Positions 38,482 through 47,262 of a stretch of DNA of 64,000 nucleotides are shown piece by piece. The notes under the pieces are model-generated. The model saw nothing but the letters and a program-made list of their open reading frames with translations, searched no databases and was not told the DNA's origin. Every line of letters begins with the position of its first letter. Within the stretch, counting starts at the first letter, position 1. Source of the DNA: Desulfatiglandales bacterium (GTDB taxonomy: Bacteria > Desulfobacterota > DSM-4660 > Desulfatiglandales > HGW-15); contig JBMNCO010000101.1 of assembly GCA_049366815.1 (NCBI GenBank), positions 22,783 to 86,782 of the forward strand. The letters run 5' to 3'. The translations under genes were made by a program, and so were the position numbers.

Positions 38482-39033
38482 TCACCTTTTTCTTGAAGCG
38501 GGGCCCGGGGCTTCAGATGCCCCGGGATCTCGCCCGGCGGCCTTCCAGAGCCGGAGGCTGGCGCGCGCCCGAAAAATGAACTGCAGGGCCATAAGAAAAC
38601 TTCCCACAAAGATAACCGCAATGATGAGAGACTTCGGAAGCATGAGGATGGTCGGCGTCCTGTAAGCCATGTCGGCAAGGTACAGAGAGACCTTGACTCC
38701 ATAGAAGGAAAGCACAAAACAGATCAGGGCGCCGACAATGGAGGTCACGCCGTTGAGGAGGTACTGGGTCTTCCGGTTCAGGGAATTGAAAAAGAGGTCC
38801 ATCTTCACGTGCCCCTCGTTTTTCAGGACCCAGGCACCGACAAGAAATGGGATATAGAGCAGGATGTAGCCGGCGATCTCGACCACCCAACTGGTGGGCC
38901 GGCCGAAGAAGTACCTCAGGCAGACCTCGAGACCCACGCTCAACATCAAAAAAATGAGAAGGATACCCGCAAAAAATACCAGAGTTCTGATCACCCATTC
39001 ATAGGCCCATTCGAGCCTGTCGATCATTTTCAT
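38482..39033 (-). CDS. dctQ: TRAP transporter small permease
   Basis: 183 aa with four TM helices. Lies 7 nt upstream of dctM. Confidence 0.8.
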   Translation of the reverse strand: MKMIDRLEWAYEWVIRTLVFFAGILLIFLMLSVGLEVCLRYFFGRPTSWVVEIAGYILLYIPFLVGAWVLKNEGHVKMDLFFNSLNRKTQYLLNGVTSIVGALICFVLSFYGVKVSLYLADMAYRTPTILMLPKSLIIAVIFVGSFLMALQFIFRARASLRLWKAAGRDPGASEAPGPASRKR

Positions 39034-39042
39034 TTCCTCTTC

Positions 39043-39068
39043 TCATCCATTCCGGTCATCCATTCCGG
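39043..39068. repeat. perfect 13-bp tandem duplication TCATCCATTCCGG x2 just upstream of dctQ
   Basis: Units at 39043..39055 and 39056..39068, inside the 180-nt dctP-dctQ spacer. Confidence 0.9.
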
Positions 39069-39214
39069 GCCGGCGCCTCCCTGCCACGGGCACTGCAGAG
39101 GCAAGGAGTACCGGGAAGCCGGACGCCGCGTCGGAGCCAAGGGGGGAAAAGAAACCCTTTCTCCGCACTCTCCCCGCGATCCTTCGCAGACTCCTGAGGC
39201 CCCTAGAACGACCC

Positions 39215-40231
39215 TCAGGGTTTGGTGATCTTCTTTTTCAGATTGGGTATGACATCCCCGGGGAATCTCTTCTGGGCACCTTTCCAGGCACCCTCCCGGG
39301 CGGCCTTCTGGAACCACGCCTCGACATCCGGCGCAAGCCTTACGATTTCCGCACCGCCCTCTTCAACCTTCTTCAGCGCCGCAGCCCGCTCTTCGGCCTC
39401 GTACACAGGAAATTCCTTTTCGAATTCTGTGATGGCCTCTATCAGTATCTGCTGCAGGTGTTCAGGCAGACTGTTCCACTTCTCGAGATTGACGGGCAGT
39501 GCCACAGTACTCCGGTAAATTCCGGGAAAGATAATGGCCTTGCTCACTTCGTGGATGCCGAACTGCATGCCCACGGGAAGAGAGGTGACCACACCGTCCA
39601 CAACCCCGCGTTCCATGGCGGAGTGGTATTCCGGGATGGCCAGGGTGGTGACGCTGGCACCCAGCTCTTGATAGAAACCGTGAAAGGACGTGCTGCCGCC
39701 CAGTTTGAGGCCCTTGAAATCCTCTATCCTTGTTGCGCGTCTTTTCAGATAGAGGAAGAAATACCCCGGCTCCGTGGCCTCACCCCGCCCCAGATAGTAT
39801 AAACCCCTCTTGGCGTACATATCCCTGATGTACTCGTAGATCCCGTGCTCTCTCTCCTCGGAGGCGGAATAGTCGGAAAGGCTGGTCTCGTTTGCGCCGT
39901 TTACGACGGCCTCCAGAAAGGCCGTGGGTATGGTGGCCATGTCGATGACACCCTTCTGCACGGAGACGGCGAGATTGAAGGCGGGAATGGCCTCGGGCCC
40001 GCCCCGCACATTGATGATGAGTTCCCCCTTGGCGCGCTCATTGACCTTGTCGATGAAACTCTCCTTGAACTTCTGAAATTCCACCCTGTTGGCAAGCGGC
40101 ACAAAGGAGACAAAGTTGAGTTTTATAGGATCTGCGGCCTTTGAAACAGTCGGTGAAATGAATAAGGTGACCAGAAACAATCCTAGGACAATAACCGCCG
40201 CTGCGCCTGTGAGATGTTTCCTGTTTCTCAT
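39215..40231 (-). CDS. dctP: TRAP transporter substrate-binding protein
   Basis: 338 aa. Signal peptide and DctP-family periplasmic binding protein pattern. First gene of the TRAP operon. Confidence 0.88.
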   Translation of the reverse strand: MRNRKHLTGAAAVIVLGLFLVTLFISPTVSKAADPIKLNFVSFVPLANRVEFQKFKESFIDKVNERAKGELIINVRGGPEAIPAFNLAVSVQKGVIDMATIPTAFLEAVVNGANETSLSDYSASEEREHGIYEYIRDMYAKRGLYYLGRGEATEPGYFFLYLKRRATRIEDFKGLKLGGSTSFHGFYQELGASVTTLAIPEYHSAMERGVVDGVVTSLPVGMQFGIHEVSKAIIFPGIYRSTVALPVNLEKWNSLPEHLQQILIEAITEFEKEFPVYEAEERAAALKKVEEGGAEIVRLAPDVEAWFQKAAREGAWKGAQKRFPGDVIPNLKKKITKP

Positions 40232-40452
40232 TGAATCCCTCCTTTTTCGGTTAGAATTTTGTCAAAATAAGGGATACATCCGCTGAACGGTCCGTCTCGC
40301 CAAGATCTCCCCTGCCCTTGGTATGACCTCTTATCAACAGTATAGTTTCGGCCTTTTGAAAAAGCGCTTGAATTCGGGCCCTGGGAATGGGTCGGTTTTC
40401 AGAAGGCTAAAGTGTTACTGCAAATACAGTCACCAACAATCGCCTGTGTCCT

Positions 40453-40488
40453 ATCTTCGTGTTCTTCGTGTTCTTCGTGATCTTCGTG
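40453..40488. repeat. 4 x 9-bp tandem repeat (A/T)TCTTCGTG upstream of the TRAP operon
   Basis: ATCTTCGTG TTCTTCGTG TTCTTCGTG ATCTTCGTG, counted directly. Confidence 0.9.
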
Positions 40489-40535
40489 GTTGGACCCATG
40501 TCCCCCTATTACCACGCAGGCATGAATCAAAGCAG

Positions 40536-41306
40536 CTAGTCTTCCAAAATAGCGACCGCGCGCACCCAGCCTCCTCCCGCCCTTTCGATCTTGATCGGGA
40601 AGACGGCGACCTTGAATCCGAAGGGTTTGGGGATATTTCTCAAATTCGTCAAGTTCTCGATGTGGCAGTACTCCCGTTCCTTACCGGCAAAGTGCGCGGC
40701 CCAGAGTTTCTCCTTCCGCCCCCTGCGCACCTCCTCGGCCATGACATCGAAGGGTTTGTCCCAACCCCAGGCGTCGATGCCCATGACCCTGACACCCTGA
40801 TCAATCAGCCAGAGGGTCGTCTCCCCGGTTGCACCGGGGTGGACGTTCATGTATTCCGGCCGGCCGTAGTGCCCGTCCGAGACCCCCGTCATGAACAGAA
40901 CGATGTCCAGGGGTTTCAGTGTGTACCCGATCTTTCCAAGGGCCGCCCGGACGTCCTCCACATCGATCTCCTCTCCGGCCTGTTTGTGGGTGAAGTCCAG
41001 GACCACCCCGTCTCCGAAGCACCATTCCAGGGGGATTTGATCGATGGTTTTTGACGGCTTGCCCTCCGAGGTCGGTCCGTAGTGCCAGGGCGCATCGAGA
41101 TGGGTCCCGCTGTGTGTGGTGAGTGTGACCTTTTCCACGGCCGAAAACTTTCCGTCCGGGAAGTCATCTTCTTTGAGCCCGAATGCAGGGCCGAAAATTG
41201 CGGCACCCTCCTTATGATCAATATACTGAATGTCCACTTTCAGCATGCTGTCAGGCGGGGTCTGCTGCACCGGCACGCTGAGGTCGATGATCCGAATGTC
41301 TCCCAT
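40536..41306 (-). CDS. cyclase-family metal hydrolase (kynurenine formamidase-like)
   Basis: From ORF 40536..41360. Probable start is the ATG at 41306 (MGDIRIIDLSVPV). HxGTHxDxPxH motif present (HSGTHLDAPWH). Confidence 0.8.
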   Translation of the reverse strand: MGDIRIIDLSVPVQQTPPDSMLKVDIQYIDHKEGAAIFGPAFGLKEDDFPDGKFSAVEKVTLTTHSGTHLDAPWHYGPTSEGKPSKTIDQIPLEWCFGDGVVLDFTHKQAGEEIDVEDVRAALGKIGYTLKPLDIVLFMTGVSDGHYGRPEYMNVHPGATGETTLWLIDQGVRVMGIDAWGWDKPFDVMAEEVRRGRKEKLWAAHFAGKEREYCHIENLTNLRNIPKPFGFKVAVFPIKIERAGGGWVRAVAILED

Positions 41307-41380
41307 TTCTCTCCTCCTTCGCCTTTCCCTCTCTTGGCCTCCACACAGGGGTGAGAACACGATGAATCCGTCCCAATAAC

Positions 41381-41396
41381 TTTACCTACTGGTAAA
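41381..41396. promoter_or_regulatory. palindromic operator TTTACC-TACT-GGTAAA upstream of the cyclase-family hydrolase gene
   Basis: Same half-sites as 36047..36062 (14 of 16 positions). Lies just downstream of a minus-strand TTGACA (41420..41425). Confidence 0.5.
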
Positions 41397-41685
41397 TAAA
41401 AACCATAAGGGCGAGCCCTTGTCAATCTTTTTCGCACGCGCATGCCTGGCATAAGGATATACGGCATCAAGGCGTTTGTTTAGCAGAGCATGGGCCGGTC
41501 CAGGCAGGGTCCGGGGTGTTCTCTTCGCTCCGCTCCCTCAGCCGTCCATGGCTCCGGTCCATGCGGATGAGAACGCCATCGAGGGCGGTCCATTATTCAT
41601 TGGCTTTTTTTAGAAAAACGGGGCATTGTACCCTGGAGTCTGAAAGATCATTTTGAACAATCCTCAATAGGTGCGAGGCCGGGGT

Positions 41686-42174
41686 ATGGGGGAAAGCCTG
41701 CTGGAGGACAAAAGGGTCCTCATCGTCGATGATGAACAGGACATTCTTGAAGTGCTGGAAGAATTGCTGAGCGCGTGCCGCGTCGTAAAGGCCTCAACCT
41801 TCGAAGAGGCAAAAGAGCTTCTGGAGACCCGGTCTTTTGACCTGGCGGTTCTGGATATCATGGGCGTGGATGGTTACCGGTTGCTGGAGATTGCCAACAG
41901 ACGAAAGGTGATCGCGGTGATGCTGACCGCCCATGCCTTGACGCCTGATAACATCGTAAAGTCTTTCAAAGGAGGCGCGGCCTCCTATCTTCCCAAAGAT
42001 CAGATAGACGGGATCGCCACCTTCCTCGAAGAAGTCCTGGAGGCCGAAAAACAGGGGGAACACTTCTGGTGGCGCTGGATGGAGAGGTGGGGTGCGTTTT
42101 ATGACGCGAAATTCGGTCCGGACTGGAGAAATGATGACAAGGAGTTCTGGGAAAAATTCCCATGCTGGGTTTGA
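41686..42174 (+). CDS. stand-alone receiver-domain response regulator with Trp-rich C-terminal tail
   Basis: REC pattern (VLIVDDEQDIL...LAVLDIMG...LTAH). No output domain. Tail HFWWRWMERWGAFYDAKFGPDWRNDDKEFWEKFPCWV. Confidence 0.8.
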   Translation: MGESLLEDKRVLIVDDEQDILEVLEELLSACRVVKASTFEEAKELLETRSFDLAVLDIMGVDGYRLLEIANRRKVIAVMLTAHALTPDNIVKSFKGGAASYLPKDQIDGIATFLEEVLEAEKQGEHFWWRWMERWGAFYDAKFGPDWRNDDKEFWEKFPCWV

Positions 42175-42176
42175 CG

Positions 42177-44090
42177 TCATTTATTGAATATACCCACCAC
42201 CACATCCCATACACGCCTTGGAAGGGGAACAGGGTCTTTCTTTTTCATGCGGTCGAGATCATGAGCGCGTTCATCTCCATCCTCCTCAACGGCATCTGTT
42301 TCAGGGACCTCCTCAAAGAGGGAAAATCTTAAGACCCCTTGGATAAAGGGGCTTTCCACCGGATCGATATCCAATATCGAGGCATACCTCTGAATCTTCC
42401 TGACCGCGGAATCGAGCAACCTCAGGACCGCCGCGTGGGACAGGCTGAAGCTCGGTTCGAACCGCTGGACCAGCTGATCAAGCAACCCTTCACACTGCTC
42501 CGGCCGGTAAGCACCGGCGATTTCACACAACGCATTGGCAAAGATTGAAAAGTGTCGAATCTTATCCAGGCTGGAATCTGGCCTTTCAACAATACCGCCC
42601 GGCAGACTGCGCATGCTGTATACAATGCCTTCGGGGAATTTCCACTCACGTGCGACACTGACCCCCAATTCGTCCAGGGATATCCCCAGGACGTTGAGTG
42701 CTGCACGCTGCATGTCCATACCGTCCTTGACCACCTGGGCCTTTATCTCCGCATATTCTTCAGGAAAATAAAATATCGTCAAATTTTTGCCGAGGTTATG
42801 GAGCATGGAACAGATAAAGCCTGCTTCCAGGTCCTTGATTCCTTCTCGAGCGGCCACATCCCTCGCTATCATGCCGCTCATAAAAGATTTGATCATTTCA
42901 TCCCTGATCTCCGTTGACGCCGATCCCTGCCCGATGTGAGAAAAGAGCACCAGGCTGGAGGCCGCCAGTCTGATCTGCTCATAACCGAGGAGGATGACGG
43001 CCTGTTTGATACCGGAAACACCTCCCTTGGCCTGCCTGTAGAAGGCGGAATTGGCCAGTTTGAGAAGTTTGTTTGTCAGTGCGTAGTCCTTTAAAATGAT
43101 ATGGGCGAGTTCAGATACAGAGGATTTACTCTCGAGAGACGTTTTTTCGTTAATCTCCGTAATGCTTGCGGAGAAGGCGGGGAAATCGGTCTTATGCCGC
43201 ATCCGGCGCAGCAGAAATTCGACGGTACTATGGGTCTGTTTCTTCCCTGCTGGAGCCTTCATGACTCCCTTTTTCATCCCAAGATAGGCCTCGATATCCT
43301 TTTCCATCGCCATGGCATCGGGATATCTGGCCCTCTGTTCTTTTTGCAGCGCCCTCAAAGCGATGCCGTCGATTCCTTTGTCCACATCCTTATTCATCAA
43401 CGACGGTGCGACACTCGGTTCATAAAGGATCTTGTAGATCATGGCGAAATCATTCTCAGCATCAACGGCCTTCCGCCCGGTAAGCATCTCATAAAAGATG
43501 AGACCGATTGAAAAGACATCCGAACTCGGATTGAGAGGCCTTTCAGAGAAGTTCTCCGGCGCCATGTAAGGCAATGAACCCCACACAACATTTCCGTTTT
43601 GAACATTCATCCCCAGCTTCTGCGAGATACCAAAATCAGTGATCCGTGCCACGCCCCCTTTCGAGATCAGGATATTCGACGGCTTGATGTCCCTGTGAAC
43701 GACCCCGTTCCGATGGGCACAAGCGACGCCACGAAGGATCTGTTGAATGAGCTTCAGGATCTGAGGTATGGGAAGCGGGCCCTTTCTTAACAGCCGCTCA
43801 AGAGACACGCCGTGGACATATTCGAAAACCAGATAGGGGATTCCTTTCGATTCTCCGGCCTCAAAGATGGGCACGATATTGGGATGTTTCAGCTTCCCTA
43901 CGATACCGGCCTCTTGGAGCAGTGATTTTTGAAGGGAATTCTGATCGGCGGACCCGGCATGAAGGGCCTTGATCGCCACATAACGCTGAAGATAGGCATC
44001 CTTTGCCAGGAAAACGGCCCCCTGGGCTCCCTTGCCGATCCGACGAATGATCTGGAAACGGCCGATCCTGTATGAAACACCCTTTTTCAT
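42177..44090 (-). CDS. Ser/Thr protein kinase fused to an HDOD domain
   Basis: 637 aa. Hanks kinase motifs GKGAQGAV, HRDIKPSNIL and DFGIS. The C-terminal half is HDOD-like (HNLGK). Confidence 0.85.
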   Translation of the reverse strand: MKKGVSYRIGRFQIIRRIGKGAQGAVFLAKDAYLQRYVAIKALHAGSADQNSLQKSLLQEAGIVGKLKHPNIVPIFEAGESKGIPYLVFEYVHGVSLERLLRKGPLPIPQILKLIQQILRGVACAHRNGVVHRDIKPSNILISKGGVARITDFGISQKLGMNVQNGNVVWGSLPYMAPENFSERPLNPSSDVFSIGLIFYEMLTGRKAVDAENDFAMIYKILYEPSVAPSLMNKDVDKGIDGIALRALQKEQRARYPDAMAMEKDIEAYLGMKKGVMKAPAGKKQTHSTVEFLLRRMRHKTDFPAFSASITEINEKTSLESKSSVSELAHIILKDYALTNKLLKLANSAFYRQAKGGVSGIKQAVILLGYEQIRLAASSLVLFSHIGQGSASTEIRDEMIKSFMSGMIARDVAAREGIKDLEAGFICSMLHNLGKNLTIFYFPEEYAEIKAQVVKDGMDMQRAALNVLGISLDELGVSVAREWKFPEGIVYSMRSLPGGIVERPDSSLDKIRHFSIFANALCEIAGAYRPEQCEGLLDQLVQRFEPSFSLSHAAVLRLLDSAVRKIQRYASILDIDPVESPFIQGVLRFSLFEEVPETDAVEEDGDERAHDLDRMKKKDPVPLPRRVWDVVVGIFNK

Positions 44091-44430
44091 CTTGTGAACA
44101 AAAGACTCCCCGTATGATTTCAGGCCGTCGAACGGCGTGACAGATCAGCAAACTTAATATTTTCATTGCGTTGGGGACCATTTTGAGAGGTTTTGGCAAA
44201 AAGATCAAGGAGGATCTTACCGGGCGCAAGGATGACGTCAAAAAGTTCGCCGGGACATGGGAACCGAGGGAGGTGAGGCGCGCCGGGATGTCTTTCCTTT
44301 TGACCCTGGAGGGAAAATCATCTATAGTTCAGGCCAAAATGGAAAGAGATACGGCGGCATACATGAAATGGGCATGCCCTGGGCTTCAACTTCCCTTGCC
44401 GACAACCGGCCCCCATGAAAGAGAAGACTG

Positions 44431-45333
44431 ATGATGAATCGCTACGATATTGTATTTGTAGGTCATTTGGCTACGGCTGAAATTATCCCTTTTGAGGCCC
44501 CCCCTTTTATCGAACGGGGCGGTCCGGCGTTTTTTGGCCCCATAGCGGCTTCCTTCCTCACAAAAAGGATTGCCGCCGTGACAAGAGTAGCCGAGAAGGA
44601 AGGAGAGCTTCTGGAACCACTGAAGGCCGCGGGGGTTCATCTCTTTGTACAGCCCCAAGAGACCGCCCGCATACGGGTCATCCAGACCAGCGGGAATGTG
44701 GACGAGAGGCAGATCTTTCTCATAAAGCGGGGCGGTGACTTCTCCATGAAGGACCTCCCCCCCGTAGAACCCTGCCTGATCCACCTCGGTGGACTGAGCG
44801 ACAACGAGTTCAGTCTGGAATTCATGCGGGAGCTGAAAGGCCGCGGATTCCGTTTGTCAGTGGATATGCAGAGTTTCCTGTGGCAGGTGGACCCCGAGAC
44901 ACAGGCCGTTCATCGGGGAGATATACCGGATAAACACGAGATCCTGCGGATGGTCGATTTCGTCAAGCTTGATGTGATGGAGGCCCTGGCACTGACCGAC
45001 ACCGACGATATCCAGCGCCAGGCGGAAAGGCTGGAAGACTGGGGGAGTTCCGAGACCCTGATCACGAGTTCAGAAGGGGTGCTGGCTCGCAGCAAGGGGA
45101 AAAACACCTATGCAAAATTCACCAACAGGAACATTCAGGGAAGAACCGGGCGGGGCGACACCTTTTCAGGTGCCTACCTGGCCTGCAGGCTGACCCATTC
45201 CATTGAGGATTCCCTCGCATTCGCCACAGCGCTCACCTCGATCAAGATGGAATCCATCGGCCCTTTCAAAGGGAGCCTGGAAGATGTGATGGACAGGATG
45301 GACCATGGGAACACATTTCAACGGGTCTTATGA
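44431..45333 (+). CDS. PfkB-family carbohydrate/nucleoside kinase
   Basis: 300 aa. C-terminal GRGDTFSGAY anion-hole motif and ribokinase-like fold pattern. Confidence 0.8.
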   Translation: MMNRYDIVFVGHLATAEIIPFEAPPFIERGGPAFFGPIAASFLTKRIAAVTRVAEKEGELLEPLKAAGVHLFVQPQETARIRVIQTSGNVDERQIFLIKRGGDFSMKDLPPVEPCLIHLGGLSDNEFSLEFMRELKGRGFRLSVDMQSFLWQVDPETQAVHRGDIPDKHEILRMVDFVKLDVMEALALTDTDDIQRQAERLEDWGSSETLITSSEGVLARSKGKNTYAKFTNRNIQGRTGRGDTFSGAYLACRLTHSIEDSLAFATALTSIKMESIGPFKGSLEDVMDRMDHGNTFQRVL

Positions 45334-45344
45334 GGGAGGGAAAA

Positions 45345-45611
45345 ATGAGCTACACCAAGGCGGATCTGGAGAAAAAACTGATCGAAATTTACCCTGAGAT
45401 TAGGAAGTACGGTCTTTCCCTGGCCCTTGAGTTTGATGAAGGGAAAAACGCCTGGGTCGTCACCTTCAAAAAGGGCGATCACCAGAGGCACGCCTATCTC
45501 GACAAAGGCGACGCTGATTCATGCATGGAAGGCAATGCCTGCATCTATCTCGGAGTCCTCATCATCCAGTATATCAAGGACCTGGAAGAGGAAATCGCGG
45601 CGGATAAATAG
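45345..45611 (+). CDS. hypothetical small protein
   Basis: 88 aa. GAGGGAGGG Shine-Dalgarno upstream of the ATG at 45345. Translationally close to the PfkB gene. Confidence 0.5.
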   Translation: MSYTKADLEKKLIEIYPEIRKYGLSLALEFDEGKNAWVVTFKKGDHQRHAYLDKGDADSCMEGNACIYLGVLIIQYIKDLEEEIAADK

Positions 45612-45716
45612 ACCCTGAACGGGAAAGGCGGGAAGACCTGTATACGGGAAGGGGCTGCAGCCCTTTTCCTGGAGGACCGTTTCGGCGAAACCTCCCAAGG
45701 CACAATCGCCGGTCCA

Positions 45717-45857
45717 CTAGCCCCTGTCCTCAGCAGCCAATTCAGTCAAAATCTCCCTGTTTTTCTGAGTGCGTTTCAGATCCGCCTTCAGGTTCGCCTT
45801 ATTGGGTTTGCGATGGTTCTTTCGAATCGCCCTGAGTTTTCGGGTCTTGGATGCCAT
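45717..45857 (-). CDS. hypothetical 46-aa highly basic protein (MASKTRKLRAIRKNHRKPNKANLKADLKRTQKNREILTELAAEDRG)
   Basis: Not in the ORF track (under 60 aa); translated by hand. ATG preceded by GAGGAGAGAAGGC. Fills the gap downstream of the trmH-like gene. Confidence 0.35.
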   Translation of the reverse strand: MASKTRKLRAIRKNHRKPNKANLKADLKRTQKNREILTELAAEDRG

Positions 45858-45932
45858 GCCTTCTCTCCTCTCTCATCATCAAACGTATCGAAATTTCTCT
45901 TTTTATTCTTTCTCTTTATTAATGTCAAGCTT

Positions 45933-46757
45933 CTAATCGATCCCGGATTTTTTACGGAAAGGCCTTCCCGCGCCTCGCACTGGTCCTCTTCCCGCAAAAT
46001 TTCCTTTCACGGCACTGCTTTTCCATACATAGAGTGCGATACCCGTGGCGAGAGCCGCGTTCAGAGATTCCACCCCGGGTTCCATGGGAATGCCCACAGA
46101 CGGCCGGTGCCTGCAGGCCTCTGGAAGTCCCGGGCCTTCCAGACCGGGCAGAAGACCGAAAGTCCGTGGAAACCTGTAGTCCCCGATGGATAGACCTCCG
46201 GTGGAAAGGGTGATGACCGGGACGTCGGATTCGGCGAGTTCGTCTATGCCAGGCCCCTTAACCAGCGGGATTCTGAAAAGATTGCTCCCCGCGACCCTGA
46301 AGGACTTGGGGTGAAACGGGTGTGCGGCTCCTCTCAACAAAATGACACGTGCAACGCCGAAGGCCGCGGCGGACCGAATGACCGCTCCGACATTTGACGG
46401 GTCTTGAAAGGGGACGAACAGGGTACAGCCCTGCGGCCAGTCTCTTCTGTTCCACAGGGGCAGGGGATCACAGCGGACCAGAAGCAGGGGCTGATTCGTC
46501 CCGAAGACATCTATCCGCCTGAACAGCTCGGGATTCAAACGATAGAGGGGGATATCTCCCGGAATCCCCGGGGCCTCCTGTTTTCCGGTAAGGACCATGC
46601 CCCCGCATCGTTCAGGAAAATCCTCAAGGACCTCTCGGACCTGTTTGGGTCCTGAGAGGAGAGTCATACCCGCCTTTTTGACTCCCGGCCCGCTCAAGAG
46701 CGACAACATCTCTTTGAAAGAGGGATTGTTGCGGCTGGTAATGGCTTTGACCCTCAT
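45933..46757 (-). CDS. TrmH/SpoU-family RNA 2'-O-methyltransferase
   Basis: From ORF 45933..46811. Probable start is the ATG at 46757 (MRVKAITSRNNP). SpoU methylase C-terminal knot motifs present. Confidence 0.8.
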   Translation of the reverse strand: MRVKAITSRNNPSFKEMLSLLSGPGVKKAGMTLLSGPKQVREVLEDFPERCGGMVLTGKQEAPGIPGDIPLYRLNPELFRRIDVFGTNQPLLLVRCDPLPLWNRRDWPQGCTLFVPFQDPSNVGAVIRSAAAFGVARVILLRGAAHPFHPKSFRVAGSNLFRIPLVKGPGIDELAESDVPVITLSTGGLSIGDYRFPRTFGLLPGLEGPGLPEACRHRPSVGIPMEPGVESLNAALATGIALYVWKSSAVKGNFAGRGPVRGAGRPFRKKSGID

Positions 46758-47233
46758 GATGGTCCTTGCTCCCATGGAACACGGCTCGTCAAACGCGCCG
46801 AACCGTCTCAAGAATCCTCACTATAACACGGGGGGCTTCCTGTAGGGACCGTGATGCACTTTCAAGAGGCATCAAACTACTTCGACGCCGTTTCTTTGTT
46901 CTTTTGTTTCAATCGTTTCTTTTTGCGCCTGCGCCGCCGGTCTATTTCTCGACGGCGCTCACTTTTTTTGTGGCTTCCCATGATCTATCGCCCTCTCCTA
47001 TTTATTTCTCAAAGTCTTTCAGGCATCATGCAACCGATGCCGTTCTCATCACTACGACGCGCACCTTTACTCTGCTCCATCGCAAAATAAAAGACGTGAC
47101 GGCTCAGCGTGTCATCTGTTGGGCACTATCTATAAATGCAACAGCGCCTGTTAGTCAACAATAAAGACATCATTCCGGAGCTGAATCAGCACCCATGATG
47201 CCTTGAGTGGGATGCAAAACCCTCACTTTCCTG

Positions 47234-47262
47234 TTGACCCCCGCAGGATCTTCCCCTATATT
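47234..47262 (+). promoter_or_regulatory. sigma70-like promoter TTGACC-N17-TATATT of speE
   Basis: Hexamers and spacing counted. Followed by a ~100-nt leader containing the CCCGGCCC...GGGCCGGG hairpin. Confidence 0.5.

Noticed and set aside
44171-44431. 86-aa ORF upstream of the PfkB kinase gene.
   Set aside because: It has a TTG start without a Shine-Dalgarno and no recognisable domain, and it ends overlapping the kinase start. There is insufficient support to annotate it.
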